From Okamejei kenojei (lineage: Eukaryota): a DNA stretch of 64,000 nt. The translations under genes and the position numbers were made by a program. The notes below the pieces were generated by a model that worked only from the letters and a program-made list of their open reading frames with translations, had not been told where the DNA came from and searched no databases. Positions 39,124 through 50,092 of the stretch are shown here, piece after piece. Each line of letters opens with the position of its first letter. Position 1 is the stretch's first letter. The stretch is taken from assembly GCA_035221665.1 (NCBI GenBank), contig CM069174.1:9858001-9922000 (forward strand), in the 5' to 3' direction.

Positions 39124-39472
39124 GTAAGTATATTTGTGTGTCCCTCCCAATGTTAAATGAGGATTTTTATGCAAACAGGGTCATCAGCCCAGATATTGAG
39201 TGGCATGTGAAATTGTCCATTTTGGCAGGAAAAAAATTAAAAACACAAAACATATTATCAAAGTGATGAGACTTTGCAAAGCTCTGATATGCAGAGGGTG
39301 CCCTAGTGCATGATTCACAAAAGGATAGTCTGCAGGTAAGTAAGTCACAAGGAAAGTTAACATAATTTTGTCATTTATTGCTAGGGAATTGAATGCCAAA
39401 GTAGGGAGGTTGTGCTTCAGTTATAGAAGACTTCGGTGAGGCATATATGGGATGCTGTATACAGCATTGGTC

Positions 39473-39568
39473 TCTGAAGAAGGGTCTCAACCCAAAACGT
39501 CACCCATTCCTTCACTCCAGAGATGCTGTCTGTCCCGCTGAGTTACTCCAGCATTTTGTATCTATCTA
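39473..39568 (+). mobile_element. Short Penelope-derived hammerhead unit inserted in an old CR1 fragment
   Basis: Starts tctgaagaagggtctcaacccaaaacgtc; CR1-like sequence on both sides (about 39290-39760). Confidence 0.8.
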
Positions 39569-40202
39569 CAATGAAGAATGTAGATATGTTGGAAGTAGTT
39601 CAGAGAAAGTTTATTAAACGGGTATCTGGAATGAGGAGGGGGTTGATTTGTCAAGAAATGTTGAATTGGGTGGGTTTGTACCTGCTGTAGTTGAGAAGAG
39701 TAAGTGGGAACTTGATTGGAACATATATGATTCTGAGTGAGCAGTTGATAGGAAGATGCTATCCTAAGGACCCCACTAAGCCCTCTACCAGCTGTTTGTT
39801 ACCAGTTGTGTGTAAAAGTGAAGTGACTAACCTTTGGCATAGATCCGTGGGTGTCAACTGGTAGGTGCAACAGCCAATAATAAATGGGGATCTGCTATCC
39901 TGCCTTTGTTTCCAGGACATAAACTTAGAATATTAACTGACGGTACTGTGCCAGGTGCAGTTGCAGGATACCTCTAAGATTGTGAAGGTTACAAGGGGAA
40001 AATGAATTGCTGGTGAGTCTGTGTACTTGGGTTGCAAAATCTAGCAAAAGAAAGAAGAAGCCAAGGTAAAGATTTGAGGTGTGAGAAGCAGCAAGTTCAA
40101 GGTGGAGTCTATACATAGGCTAAGGGCCTTGGATTTGAGGAATGTCCTTCCTGCGACTACATTTGGTTCCATAAATTCAGTATCGGACTTTGCCACTGAA
40201 TT

Positions 40203-40412
40203 TGTGTAGGAAGGAACTGCAGATGCTGGTTTAAACTGAAGATAGACACAAAAAGCTGGAGTAACTTAGCGGGACGCAGCATCTCTGGAGAGAAGGAATG
40301 GGTGACATTTCTGGTACTTCCAACATATTTACATTCTCAACACAAAATGTCACCTTCGCATTCCCAGAGATGCTGCCCATCCCGCTGAGTTACTTCAGCT
40401 TTTTGTGTCTAT
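40203..40412. mobile_element. Fold-back Penelope-derived unit with a 23-nt foreign loop
   Basis: Inverted arms 40203-40314 and 40338-40412. Confidence 0.8.
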
Positions 40413-40454
40413 TGTTGCTCCAATCTTCTCCCCTTCTCTGAACTTGGAGAGTTA

Positions 40455-40720
40455 TGCCCCTGTCCCACTTAGGAAACCTGAACGGAAACCTCTGGCGACT
40501 TTGCGCCCCACCCAAGGTTTCCGTGCGGTTCCCGGAGGTTTTTGTCAGTCTCCCTAATGGTCGAAAGTGGTTTCCGGCGATTATTTCAAAAAATTAAAAA
40601 CTGGCCGCGACTAAAAATAGGTTGCCGTTTTAAAAATCGGTAATTTTTTAGTCGAAGCCGGTTGCGATGCTAGTTGAAGGTGGTTGCCGGAGGTTGCAGG
40701 TAGTGGAAAGTAAGACCTCC
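40455..40720. mobile_element. One-ended Harbinger-like MITE
   Basis: tta followed by tgcccctgtcccactt; CpG-rich body; no matching right TIR seen. Confidence 0.6.
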
Positions 40721-41713
40721 CTGGTGGAATAAAACTGGGTGAAACAAAGGTCTTGCCTTCCACTACCAAAGGTCTTGCCTTCCATTGGCTGAGCTTGATC
40801 CTGGTTGTGCCAGATGTACAGGCTTGCAGGCCAACTCTGATGGGCAATTTGTTTTCCCCCCTCGCTCATGTAATTTGGGATAATTGTATCCCACACTTTT
40901 AACAGCAGCACAGTTTGCGAATAAAAGATAGGGAACTTGGGCAGCATAGCACACCCACTTTGCCCCGAAATGAATTAGAAACAGGTACTTGTTACTTTAT
41001 CAATGTAGAATTGCTGAAAACTCCCCTGCTTTGACGTCACAGGCATCGGAGCTATTTTAAATGGCCGTTAATCAATTTCACTTTCAATAGGAAGTGTTTT
41101 GAGCCAGAAAACTATTCTAGTCTCAAATCTAGGTCACTGCTGCTGGTGTGGTTTATTGGTAAAATAAGATTGCCATCAACCGGTCGTTCTTCATTCAACT
41201 CTCGACATATTCAGCAATGTCGAAGAGCTGCACAGAAACCAAAATCAGGGTTTGGAACGTGTCTGGGTTAACCAAGGCTGCTGAAGTGAGGGAGAAAATG
41301 AGGAACTAACTATCTGCGAGGGCAGAAATTATTAAGCTGTATCAAGGAACTTGCTCAGGAAGTGAGACTCTGGAGGGAAAGCAGTTGATTGGGGTTACAG
41401 AGCAAATGGTTTCTCTCAGTAACAAAACCTGCCAGATTGACTAGATGGGCAAATCTAAAACAAAAATGAAAATGCTGGAAATATTCTGCAGGTTCAACAC
41501 CATCTGCGGAGGGAGAAACAGAGTTCTTGTTTCGGAACAAAACCCCTCATCATAGACTTGTTTTCTTTCTGTGCGTGGTTTTGCACGCAGCGTTCAAATA
41601 ATGCTGTTTCCTGGCTGTGGAGCGAAAAGATTGGGAGCAGGAAAAATAGTTTTGTCTGGGATAAAAAATACTTTTATCTAAAATCGCTGTTTTCTAATCT
41701 CTCATATATTTAG

Positions 41714-41948
41714 GTGAGTGCTTTAGTGGATGGTTGGAACCTTTGCTGGGAAGAATAGCTGAAAATTACACTGCTGTGGTCAGCCCTGACATCACTACCA
41801 TTGATCTCAATACTTTTGAGGTATCCAAACCAGTCCAGTATGAAAGACATCACAACCGGGGTAACTTTGACTGGAGTCTGTCATTTGGCTGGGAGGCTCT
41901 TCCATCTCATGAAATAAAGAGAAGAAAAGATGAAACGTATCCTATCAA
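41714..41948 (+). CDS. GALNT6: GALNT6-like coding exon 4
   Basis: Acceptor atatttag|, donor |gtgagt; 235 nt. [31 protein letters not shown]...[13 protein letters not shown]...DETYPIK. Confidence 0.96.
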
Positions 41949-42450
41949 GTGAGTGTCTTGTGTATTTGGTGATAATATTGAATTTTCATATTGAATATTT
42001 TTTTATTCCATATCTTAAGTGAACAATAGAATGGTACACCCAAGAATTAATAACCTGTAGAAATGTTAAAGCACAGAAGTAAATCATTTGGCCCATTGAG
42101 TTCATGCTGGCTTCTTGAAGAACAACCTATTCTTAACTCATTCCTCTGCCCCTTTGCATAGCCCAGTAAAGTATTTTCCTTAAATGTCTATCTTTTTTTT
42201 GTTGAAAGTACTGATTTGCTCTGATCCCATCATCATTTTAAGGCAACTGGTCCAATTCATAACCATTCATCAGTAGAAACATTCTTGCATCCCTCGCAGT
42301 CTTTGTGAACGGGAATAACTTTCTTCTTGAACAGCAGAATGGTGCACACATTGTTGTGCAATCTGAAGTAGTGCAAGAAAAGTGTAAGTACTCGAGAGTA
42401 TGAGGCAGCACTTCTGGGAAGGGGTGTGAAAGAGGTGATTGGTTCAGGAG

Positions 42451-42631
42451 ATGGACACAAAATGCTGGAGTAACTTAGTGGTACAGGCTGATTATTCAGT
42501 CTGAAGAAGGGTCTTGACCCAAAACGTCACCCATTCCTTCTCTCCAGAGATGCTGCCTGTCCCTCCGAGTTACTCCAGCATTTTGTGTCTGTCTTCGGTT
42601 TAAACCAGCATCTGCAGTTCCTTCCTATACA
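42451..42631. mobile_element. Partial fold-back hammerhead unit with 15-bp TSD
   Basis: tgattggttcaggag (42436-42450) / tgattggctcaggag (42632-42646). Confidence 0.85.
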
Positions 42632-43309
42632 TGATTGGCTCAGGAGTCTGATAGCTGTGGGGAAGAAGCTGTTCTGAAGTCTGTATGTCTGACCTTGCAA
42701 ACAACTGTATCTTCTCCCAGAAGCTAAAAGAGAAAGGAATGACCAGGGTGACAGATATTATAGTCATAGAGTGATACAGTGTGGAAACGGGCTCTTTGGC
42801 CCAACTTGCCCACACCGGCACCGGTATCCTTGATAATACTCCCAGCCTTCCTGCGCAATGCACTGTGAAGATAGACTGGATGGAAGGAAGCGGCTAGCCT
42901 GTGATGGACTCGGCTGTGTTCACCACACTCTGCAGGTTGAGGCCATCCAGAGGAGAGTAGTTGCCACATTGGGCTGAGATGCATCCCGTCAAAATACTTT
43001 CTATAATGCATTTGTAGAAATCGTAGAGAATCCTTATGAATTTGATGAAACCTCAGATGCACTATATAAAAATAAAGAGCGGGGGGGCACCAGCGTTGAG
43101 GGTCACAGTAGAGGAAATGTTGTGACCAAATTGAACTGATTCGGGTCTGCTGCTCATGAAGTCCAGAAGCCAGCTGCAGATGATGATCCAAGGCATAGGT
43201 CCAGAAGTTTGGAGATGAGCTTATTTAGTATTGAAGGCTGAGCTGCTGCAGTCAAAGAACAACATCCTAACATAGGTGATCTTGTAATCAAGGTGATCCA
43301 GAGCTGAAT

Positions 43310-43936
43310 GGGGGTAGGGTGTTGACGTGGATAGAAAATTGGTTGGCAGACAGGAAGCAAAGAGTAGGAGTGAACGGGTCATTTTCAGAAATGGCAGGTA
43401 GTTGCGAGTGGAGGGCCGCAAGGCTCGGTGTTGAGGCAGTGCAGCGTAAGTTCACGAGATTGATCCCAGGGATGGCGGGACTGTCATATGCGGAAAGATT
43501 GAAAAGACTAGGCTTGTATTCACTGGAGTTTAGAAGGATGAGGGGGGATCTTATAGAAACATATAAACTTATTAAAAAAAACTAGACAAGCTAGATGCAG
43601 GAAAAATATTCCCAATGTTGGGCGAGTCCAGAACCAAGAGCCACAGCCTTAGAATAAAGGGGAGGTCATTTAAGACTGAGCTGAGTAAAAACTATTTTAC
43701 CCAGAGAGTTGTGAATTTATGGAATTCTCTGCCACAGAGGGCAGTGGAGGCAAATTCACTGGATGGATTTAAGAGAAAGTTAGATGGAGCTCTAGGGGCT
43801 GGTGGAGTCAAGGGATATGGGCAGAAGGCAAGCACGGGTTATTGATTGGGACAATCACCCATGATCACAATGAATGGCGGTGCTGGCTTGAAGGACCGAA
43901 TGGCCACCTCCTGCACATATTTTCTATGTTTCTATG
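43310..43936 (+). mobile_element. Young CR1 with internal deletion
   Basis: WIENWLADRKQRVGVNGSFS fused to EAVQRKFTRLIPGMAGLSY...SRTKSHSLRIKG...FTQRVVNLWNSLP; (tttctatg)n tail. Confidence 0.88.
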
Positions 43937-45397
43937 AATGCAGTGCAAGGGAGATGGTGTCTTCCATTAGACCTATTTATCCTGTACACAAATTGCAAGG
44001 GATGCAGATTGTCCATGAGACCGGCTCTGATGCACACCATTATCTTTTAGTTAATTTCTAATGGCCAACCCCAAGTTGTCCTATGGGCATTAGAACCTAC
44101 CATGCCAATATTGCCAAATTGTAGAACAAAATCCCACCAGTGTGATCAGCGACTGAAGAATCCAGAGGTGAAAGAACACTCTGCTACCAACTGTACCAGC
44201 AGGGCAGCACTGATTCTCTCAGTCAGACAAGGCGCGCTTGTATATCAACATACATGTGAGAAGGCTTCACATGCACAGGAAGCCACACTTTATTGGCCAG
44301 CTTCGTGGAGTCAATGCTCTTTTATTTCATCCTTTGGCATAAGTTCCACTTCCCTGGCCAACAAGGGCGAGGTATTTTTGAACTTTTTCTTTAAAACAAT
44401 TGTGCATGAAGCATGGGTATTTTGGCAAAGTTTTGTGAGTGAGGTCAGGTAGCGTGACACAAGTTTCATTGAACCATAGCTCAGGAAGAGACCAATGCCA
44501 ATGAGCAGAAGGGTGTGGGGGGACTAATGGATGTCAAGGCAGAGGAAAAGTCCATAAATATACCGAATATCTTGCACTGTGCATTATATGGAATATCCAC
44601 TATTAGCACTTTAAAACGGTCGCTGGGATAACCACAAAATGTGACCTCTGCTGTGGGTCTGTGGTTGAAGCCTGCTTGACTCCTAACCTCTGTGGGTTTT
44701 CCATGGATTTTAAATAAATGTTTGGAGTATTGACACTTGTTCCCACCCATGTTTAACAGGCTATAATTATCAGTATCATTACTGTACCAAAGAAGTGCAG
44801 CTGTGATGTTGCTAGGGTGAAATTGCACCGTGGGACCATCTTTTTATTTGTATTAAATATTTTTTAATTATATCTTCTCAATAACCTATTCTTCATCTTT
44901 GGTTATGAGACAACTGTCTTTATTATAATTGTATGTAATCCAAAGAGGATGTCTTCCCATAATAGTTGATTTTTAACGATTCCAAATGAATATTAGAACC
45001 AAAGGCACTAATGCAGAGAATTGTTTCTGAACAGAAAGTGTGAGTAAAATATTGGCCTGTTCAAGACCATCTTAGTCACCAGTCTTGAAATAAGAAGAGT
45101 GAGTGGTCTTTGAGGAGGAATACCATGATTTCAATAGAATAGGTGGGAAGATGAAAGCTAAGTTGGTGGGATAATGTAGATGCACCCAAAAAGTGGCCTA
45201 TCCATGTTCTCCAGAGATGTTGCCTGAGCCGCTGAGTTTCCATAGCACTTTGTGTATTTTTATTGGTGGGATAATGGATTGTGAGATGTAAAAGAGGTTG
45301 GGGGTCATGAAACCATCATCAAACAACTTCAGCAGCTGGTGAAGTCGAATGCATCTCTCTCTCCCGTTTGCTCTCTCTCTCGCTCTTTTTCTTCCTC

Positions 45398-45398
45398 C

Positions 45399-45429
<31 letters not shown>
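45398..45429. repeat. Poly(C) tract (others near 4301, 15361, 16279, 22958)
   Basis: Directly visible. Confidence 0.95.
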
Positions 45430-45430
<1 letters not shown>

Positions 45431-45874
45431 AACAGGTGACCACTGCAGCCTTTCAAAGGGCGTCCAATCCATTATTTCATGGATTGTAACGAGATGGGTT
45501 AATCATTGTCCGCAGGATTGCTGGGGTGTCGAGGTACCAGCAGTGAGACTCGTGATACTGAGGAACCACCTATCATGCTGATGGTCTGCCCTCTGATGTG
45601 GTAGTATCTATCAAACAAATTGGTGACGCTAACTATCAAAAATATCTCTCCTTGCCTCTTTTAAGATTGTTATGATAGACCATTCGATTTGATTTTGATT
45701 TGATTTTCTATGTAGTATACGTGTGACACCTTGACACCTTTTTTGTCAACACTAAATCTGCAGTGTCCAATTGAGGGTCCTGGATTTTAACTTGGTGGGA
45801 GAAGTGCTTGCAACTCTGTTCTCATCATGCACAACTTGTTCATTAGTGAAGGGACAAGATGGATTGATCATACA

Positions 45875-45978
45875 TTCAATACGGTCTGAAGAAGGATTTC
45901 GGCCCTGAACGTTGCCTATCTCCCTTGCTCCAAAGATGCTGCTGCACCTGCTGAGTTTCTCCAGCATTTTGTGTACCC
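45875..45978 (+). mobile_element. ~100-bp Penelope-derived hammerhead unit with TSD
   Basis: ttgatcataca at 45864-45874 and 45979-45989. Confidence 0.8.
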
Positions 45979-47789
45979 TTGATCATACAATCGTTCAGTG
46001 GGAATAGGCAGTGAAGATTACTGCAAAGAGTTTTCAGTTTTTGATAATGTTTTTTTTTTTGGGGGAAAAAAACCTTTTGAGGTGATTGTAAGAAGTTGCA
46101 GCTCGCGCGACTTTATATGCCTCGGTTTGAATTCCGGTGCTTCTACTTCCAATGGTGTTATGTAGTTGCTGTGAAGGTTATGCTACTGTCTGCAGCGTGC
46201 TTGCCATCCCTGATTCATTATCGACCTGATCACACTGTAAATGGGTCAAAATTACAGCGCAAATACAGCGTCACATGATCCAAGAGCGCAAAGCCCAATA
46301 ATGCCATGAACGGCAAAAATGCAGCAAATCTAGGTCTATATTCCTTTCACTACAATAACATGACGCCAAAAGTTTTTTTTCTTTCTTGACTGCAGTCAGT
46401 TCTGTGCGAGTTCTTGTCTGCTGGTCACAGCAGCTCGTGAATGACTATAAAATATTACTTTTTGAATGTCAAGTCTCACATGCAAGTGTCAGGAGGCCAA
46501 TTTTGAAATTGAGCAGGGTTTAAAGAACCAGTTAGCCCAGTGGTTCATCGTGTGTGATTTACCAAATTTACAGGTGATATCAAACATTGGTCTTGTATTT
46601 TAGGGTTGTTTTGATGGGTCGTGTGATTTGGATAATGTTTTGATCCCCTCAGTGATGATCAGCATATCTATCTGCCAATACACAACTGTCTGAATCAAAC
46701 ACTGGGCAGAATCCTCTGTGAAGCTTTGAGAAGCCAACTCTGAAATGAACTCTACGGATGCTAATAGGCAACCTTTCTCCAGGGCATGGTTTGGGAATAC
46801 CTGGATGATGCAGTAATGGGTGAAGAAATCTACAGTTAAGGGTGATAAGAGGGACCACTGAGTTTTACCTGACCATGGATGACAATGCATGCTAAACTGG
46901 AACAGGGTACTCTCTGAAAACATATTACCACTTTTAAAAAAAACAAGCCCAGATCAGATGGGTTTATTTTTGTTGATGTTTTTTATATAAATGCATTTAA
47001 GCTGGTCTCTGATCATGCAATAAATCTGTAACGGGTGAGAAAGCCGGTAAGCAGCTTGTTAGAATTACAGTGAAAGCAGTTATATTTGGATAAATGTTAA
47101 GGGTAGAGGTTGCCCTGATTCAGGTTAACTGAAGCACTGATACAGGATGAATATCATTATTTTCATGATCGTATCCTTTAGAAAACATTGAGGCCCACGT
47201 GTAACCAAACCCAACAGAGGAAACTGGAAAGCTGAATGTTTTCACAAAGCGTGCCCTGTTGTGACTGAAAGCAGTTTCTCTCTAGTTGCATACAAGGGAC
47301 AATCAATGGTCCTTTTCAAATGCAAAGGGATTTTTATCTGGGACTTCAACGTAGCATCACCAGTTTCGGGAGACTGCTGTGGAGTTGAGTGGAGGCTGTC
47401 TTGAGATGATAATGTTCTCGTCAGTTGTTTTTGTGTTCAGAAATCCCATATGGTTTTCCCCACTATTTCTATCCAAGTGACTGCTGCTCAGTCTGACACT
47501 TTGCTCTGGTCATGACCGTCGAAGAACACCTGAGCAAATGGCATTCCCTGTATAAATCCACATGTTGCTTCAGGAATTAGATTTTGGAAAGCATTAAGTT
47601 CCCACTTGCCTTTTTGTTGCCACCACACTACTTATTTAGACATGGCAGGATGTGTAGACTCCTGGAAATGTGCCCACCTTAACTTCATGCCACTTGTGAT
47701 AGTGGATACTGGGATTATATTTAAAAACGGTTCACAACTGGCATCGTGTGTCTAAATTTGAAAAGTCAATGGCATCGCTAGCAGCTGCA

Positions 47790-48250
47790 AAATAGACAAT
47801 AGGTGCAGGAGTAGGCCATTTGGCCCTTCGAGCCAGCACCACCATTCAAGGTGATCGTGGCTGATCATCCCCAATCAATACCCTGTTCCTGCCTTCTCCC
47901 CATATCCCCTGACTCCGCTATCTTTAAGAGCCCAATCTAGCTCTCTCTTGAAAGTATCCAGAGAACTGGCCTCCACCGCCCTCTGAGGCAGAGAATTCCA
48001 CACTCATAACTCTGTGTGAAAAAGTGTTTCCTCATCTCTGTTCTAAATGGCTTACCCCTTATTCTTAAACTGTGGCCCCTGTTTATGGACTCCCTCAACA
48101 TCGGGAACATGTTTCCTGCCTCTAGTGTGTCCAAACCCTTAATCTTATGTTTCAATAAGATCCCCTCTCATCCTTCTAAATTCCAGAGTATACAAGCCCT
48201 GCCGCTTCATTCTCTCAGCCAGTCCTGCCATCCCAAGAATTAACCTTGTA
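47790..48250 (-). mobile_element. CR1 LINE 3' end, young subfamily
   Basis: ORF 47937-48155 GLDTLEAGNMFPML...GHSLRIRGKPFRTEMRKHFFTQ. Confidence 0.88.
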
Positions 48251-48389
48251 AAAAAAAATGTATTGCATCACTAGGAATATCAAGAATAGTACAATATGAA
48301 TTGTGGGCACACTATAAGTTCAAGGATCTGGCACATTACCATCTTCGAGCAACCAGGTATAGGCAATCAAAGTGGCTTTTTGGTATTAC

Positions 48390-49345
48390 TTAGAACATAG
48401 AACAGTACAGCACAAGAACAAGCCCTTTGGCCTACCAAGTTTGTGCCAAACAGGACCTCAGTCTGAAGAAGGGTTTTGCCCCGAAATGTTGCCTTTCCTT
48501 CGCTCCATAGATGTTGCCTCACCCGCTGAGTTTCTCCAGCACTTTTGTCTACCACCAAATAGGCCTATTTAAACGAATTCCTTCTGCCTACGTGTGAACT
48601 ATATCTCTCCACTACCTGCATATTCATGTGCCTATCTAAGGCAAACACTGCACATATCCTTTAAAGTTTCTCCCCCACCTCACGTTTAAGGTATGCTCTG
48701 AAATATTTGACATTTCCACCAGGGGGGAAGGGGGGTTCTGACTGTCTTCCTTAGCTATGCCTCTCATAATTTTATGTTTCTATCAGGTTCTCCCTCTGCT
48801 GCCTCTGCTCTGGGGAAAACAATCCAAGTTTGTCCAATGTCTCCCCACAGCCTGTTCCCTCGAATCCAGGCTGCATCTTGATAAACCTCTTCTGCACCCT
48901 CTCCTTTGTGTAATGAGACCGGAACTGCATAAAACACTCCAAATGTAGCCCAACTCAAGTTTTATAAAGCTGCAACATGACTTCTCGACGTTTATGTTCC
49001 GTGCCTTGACCGATGAATGCAAACATGCCATTTGCCTTCCTGACCACTGCTACTTTCAGGGAGCTATGGACTTGAACTCCAGGATCCCTCTATGCATCGA
49101 TGCTGTTGAGGATCCTGCCATTAACTGGATAATTTATCCTTGCATTTGACCTCCCACAGAGCAGCATCTCACACTTGCCTGGATTCAACTAACTCCATTT
49201 GCCGTTTCCCTGCCCATATCTGTAACTAATCTACGTCCTGGTGTATCCTTTCACAGCTGCCTTTATGCTCCACACCTTCATACATTTTAGTCTTCTTCAA
49301 GCTTATTAACCAACCCAACTACATTTTCTTCCAAGTAATTTATCC
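48390..49345 (-). mobile_element. Older CR1 3' part
   Basis: (tagaaca)n tail, decayed ORF2 (LGQTWIVFPRAEAAEG frame), RT remnants to ~49340. Confidence 0.7.
48455..48555 (+). mobile_element. ~100-bp Penelope-derived hammerhead unit with TSD, inside a CR1 tail
   Basis: ccaaacagg (48446-48454) / ccaaatagg (48556-48564). Confidence 0.75.
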
Positions 49346-49599
49346 TGAGAATAAATGGTCTCAAAAATTCCATACATTTTAAGGCTGAGAGGGTCACCTG
49401 ATTCTTGTGAATGGATGTGTTGAATCTACTTCAATGTGAAATAAAAATTATCAGCTGTTTTAAAAAATAGTGTGAATGTTGCGGGTAATTTATATTTAAA
49501 TAGGAGTTACTGTGAGCGTTTGGGTGAGCTTCAATCAGGTACAAAATAAAACGATGCAATCTCTGCAGCCAACAGATTTGATCTTTAGTTTATTTTCAG

Positions 49600-49717
49600 G
49601 ACTCCCGCGTTTGCTGGTGGCCTCTTTGCGATCTCCAAAGCTTACTTTGAACTGATTGGAACATACGACAACCAGATGGAGATATGGGGAGGAGAGAATG
49701 TGGAAATGTCATTCAGG
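49600..49717 (+). CDS. GALNT6: GALNT6-like coding exon 5 (Gal/GalNAc-T motif); absent from the ORF track
   Basis: Acceptor tattttcag|, donor |gtaaat; 118 nt. [39 protein letters not shown]. Confidence 0.96.
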
Positions 49718-50092
49718 GTAAATGCAAATGCTTATATTTATAATGGTGCTCCTTGGTTGTGTGTTGGATTTTTAATTTGAACGTGATGTTGTGGTCTAAA
49801 ATGTAAAGGCACAGCCTATTTTCCATGAGAAACTGCCCAGGACTGTATTCAATTCGCTGATCATCATCACGACACCAACTGAACATATCACTTGGTCTCC
49901 GTTCTGCTGGGCCAATGAGGGCAAAACAAATCTTTTAGTGTTTTCCCTTTCTGATCGAGTGTCTGATTATTTGGAAAGACCAAGATCAGGCTCCATACCC
50001 TCCACATGTAAAGCCCAAGGTCACGATGAAGAATTGATGAGATGCCAGTCCCAAAGGGCACTCGCAAAGGTACCCCGCTTGTTCTCGGTGGA

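Larger units (their letters stand above)
42340..44040 (-). mobile_element. Decayed Rex1/Babar-like LINE interrupted by three younger insertions
   Basis: Minus-strand remnants LHPLQFVYR (~44000), VRMLFFDCSSSAFNT (~43260) and RKAGSIIKD (~42840). Confidence 0.65.

Noticed and set aside
4301-45429. All five long poly(C) tracts lie on the + strand
   Set aside because: Five events are too few to show bias, several sit inside repeats, and homopolymer lengths are unreliable in assemblies.
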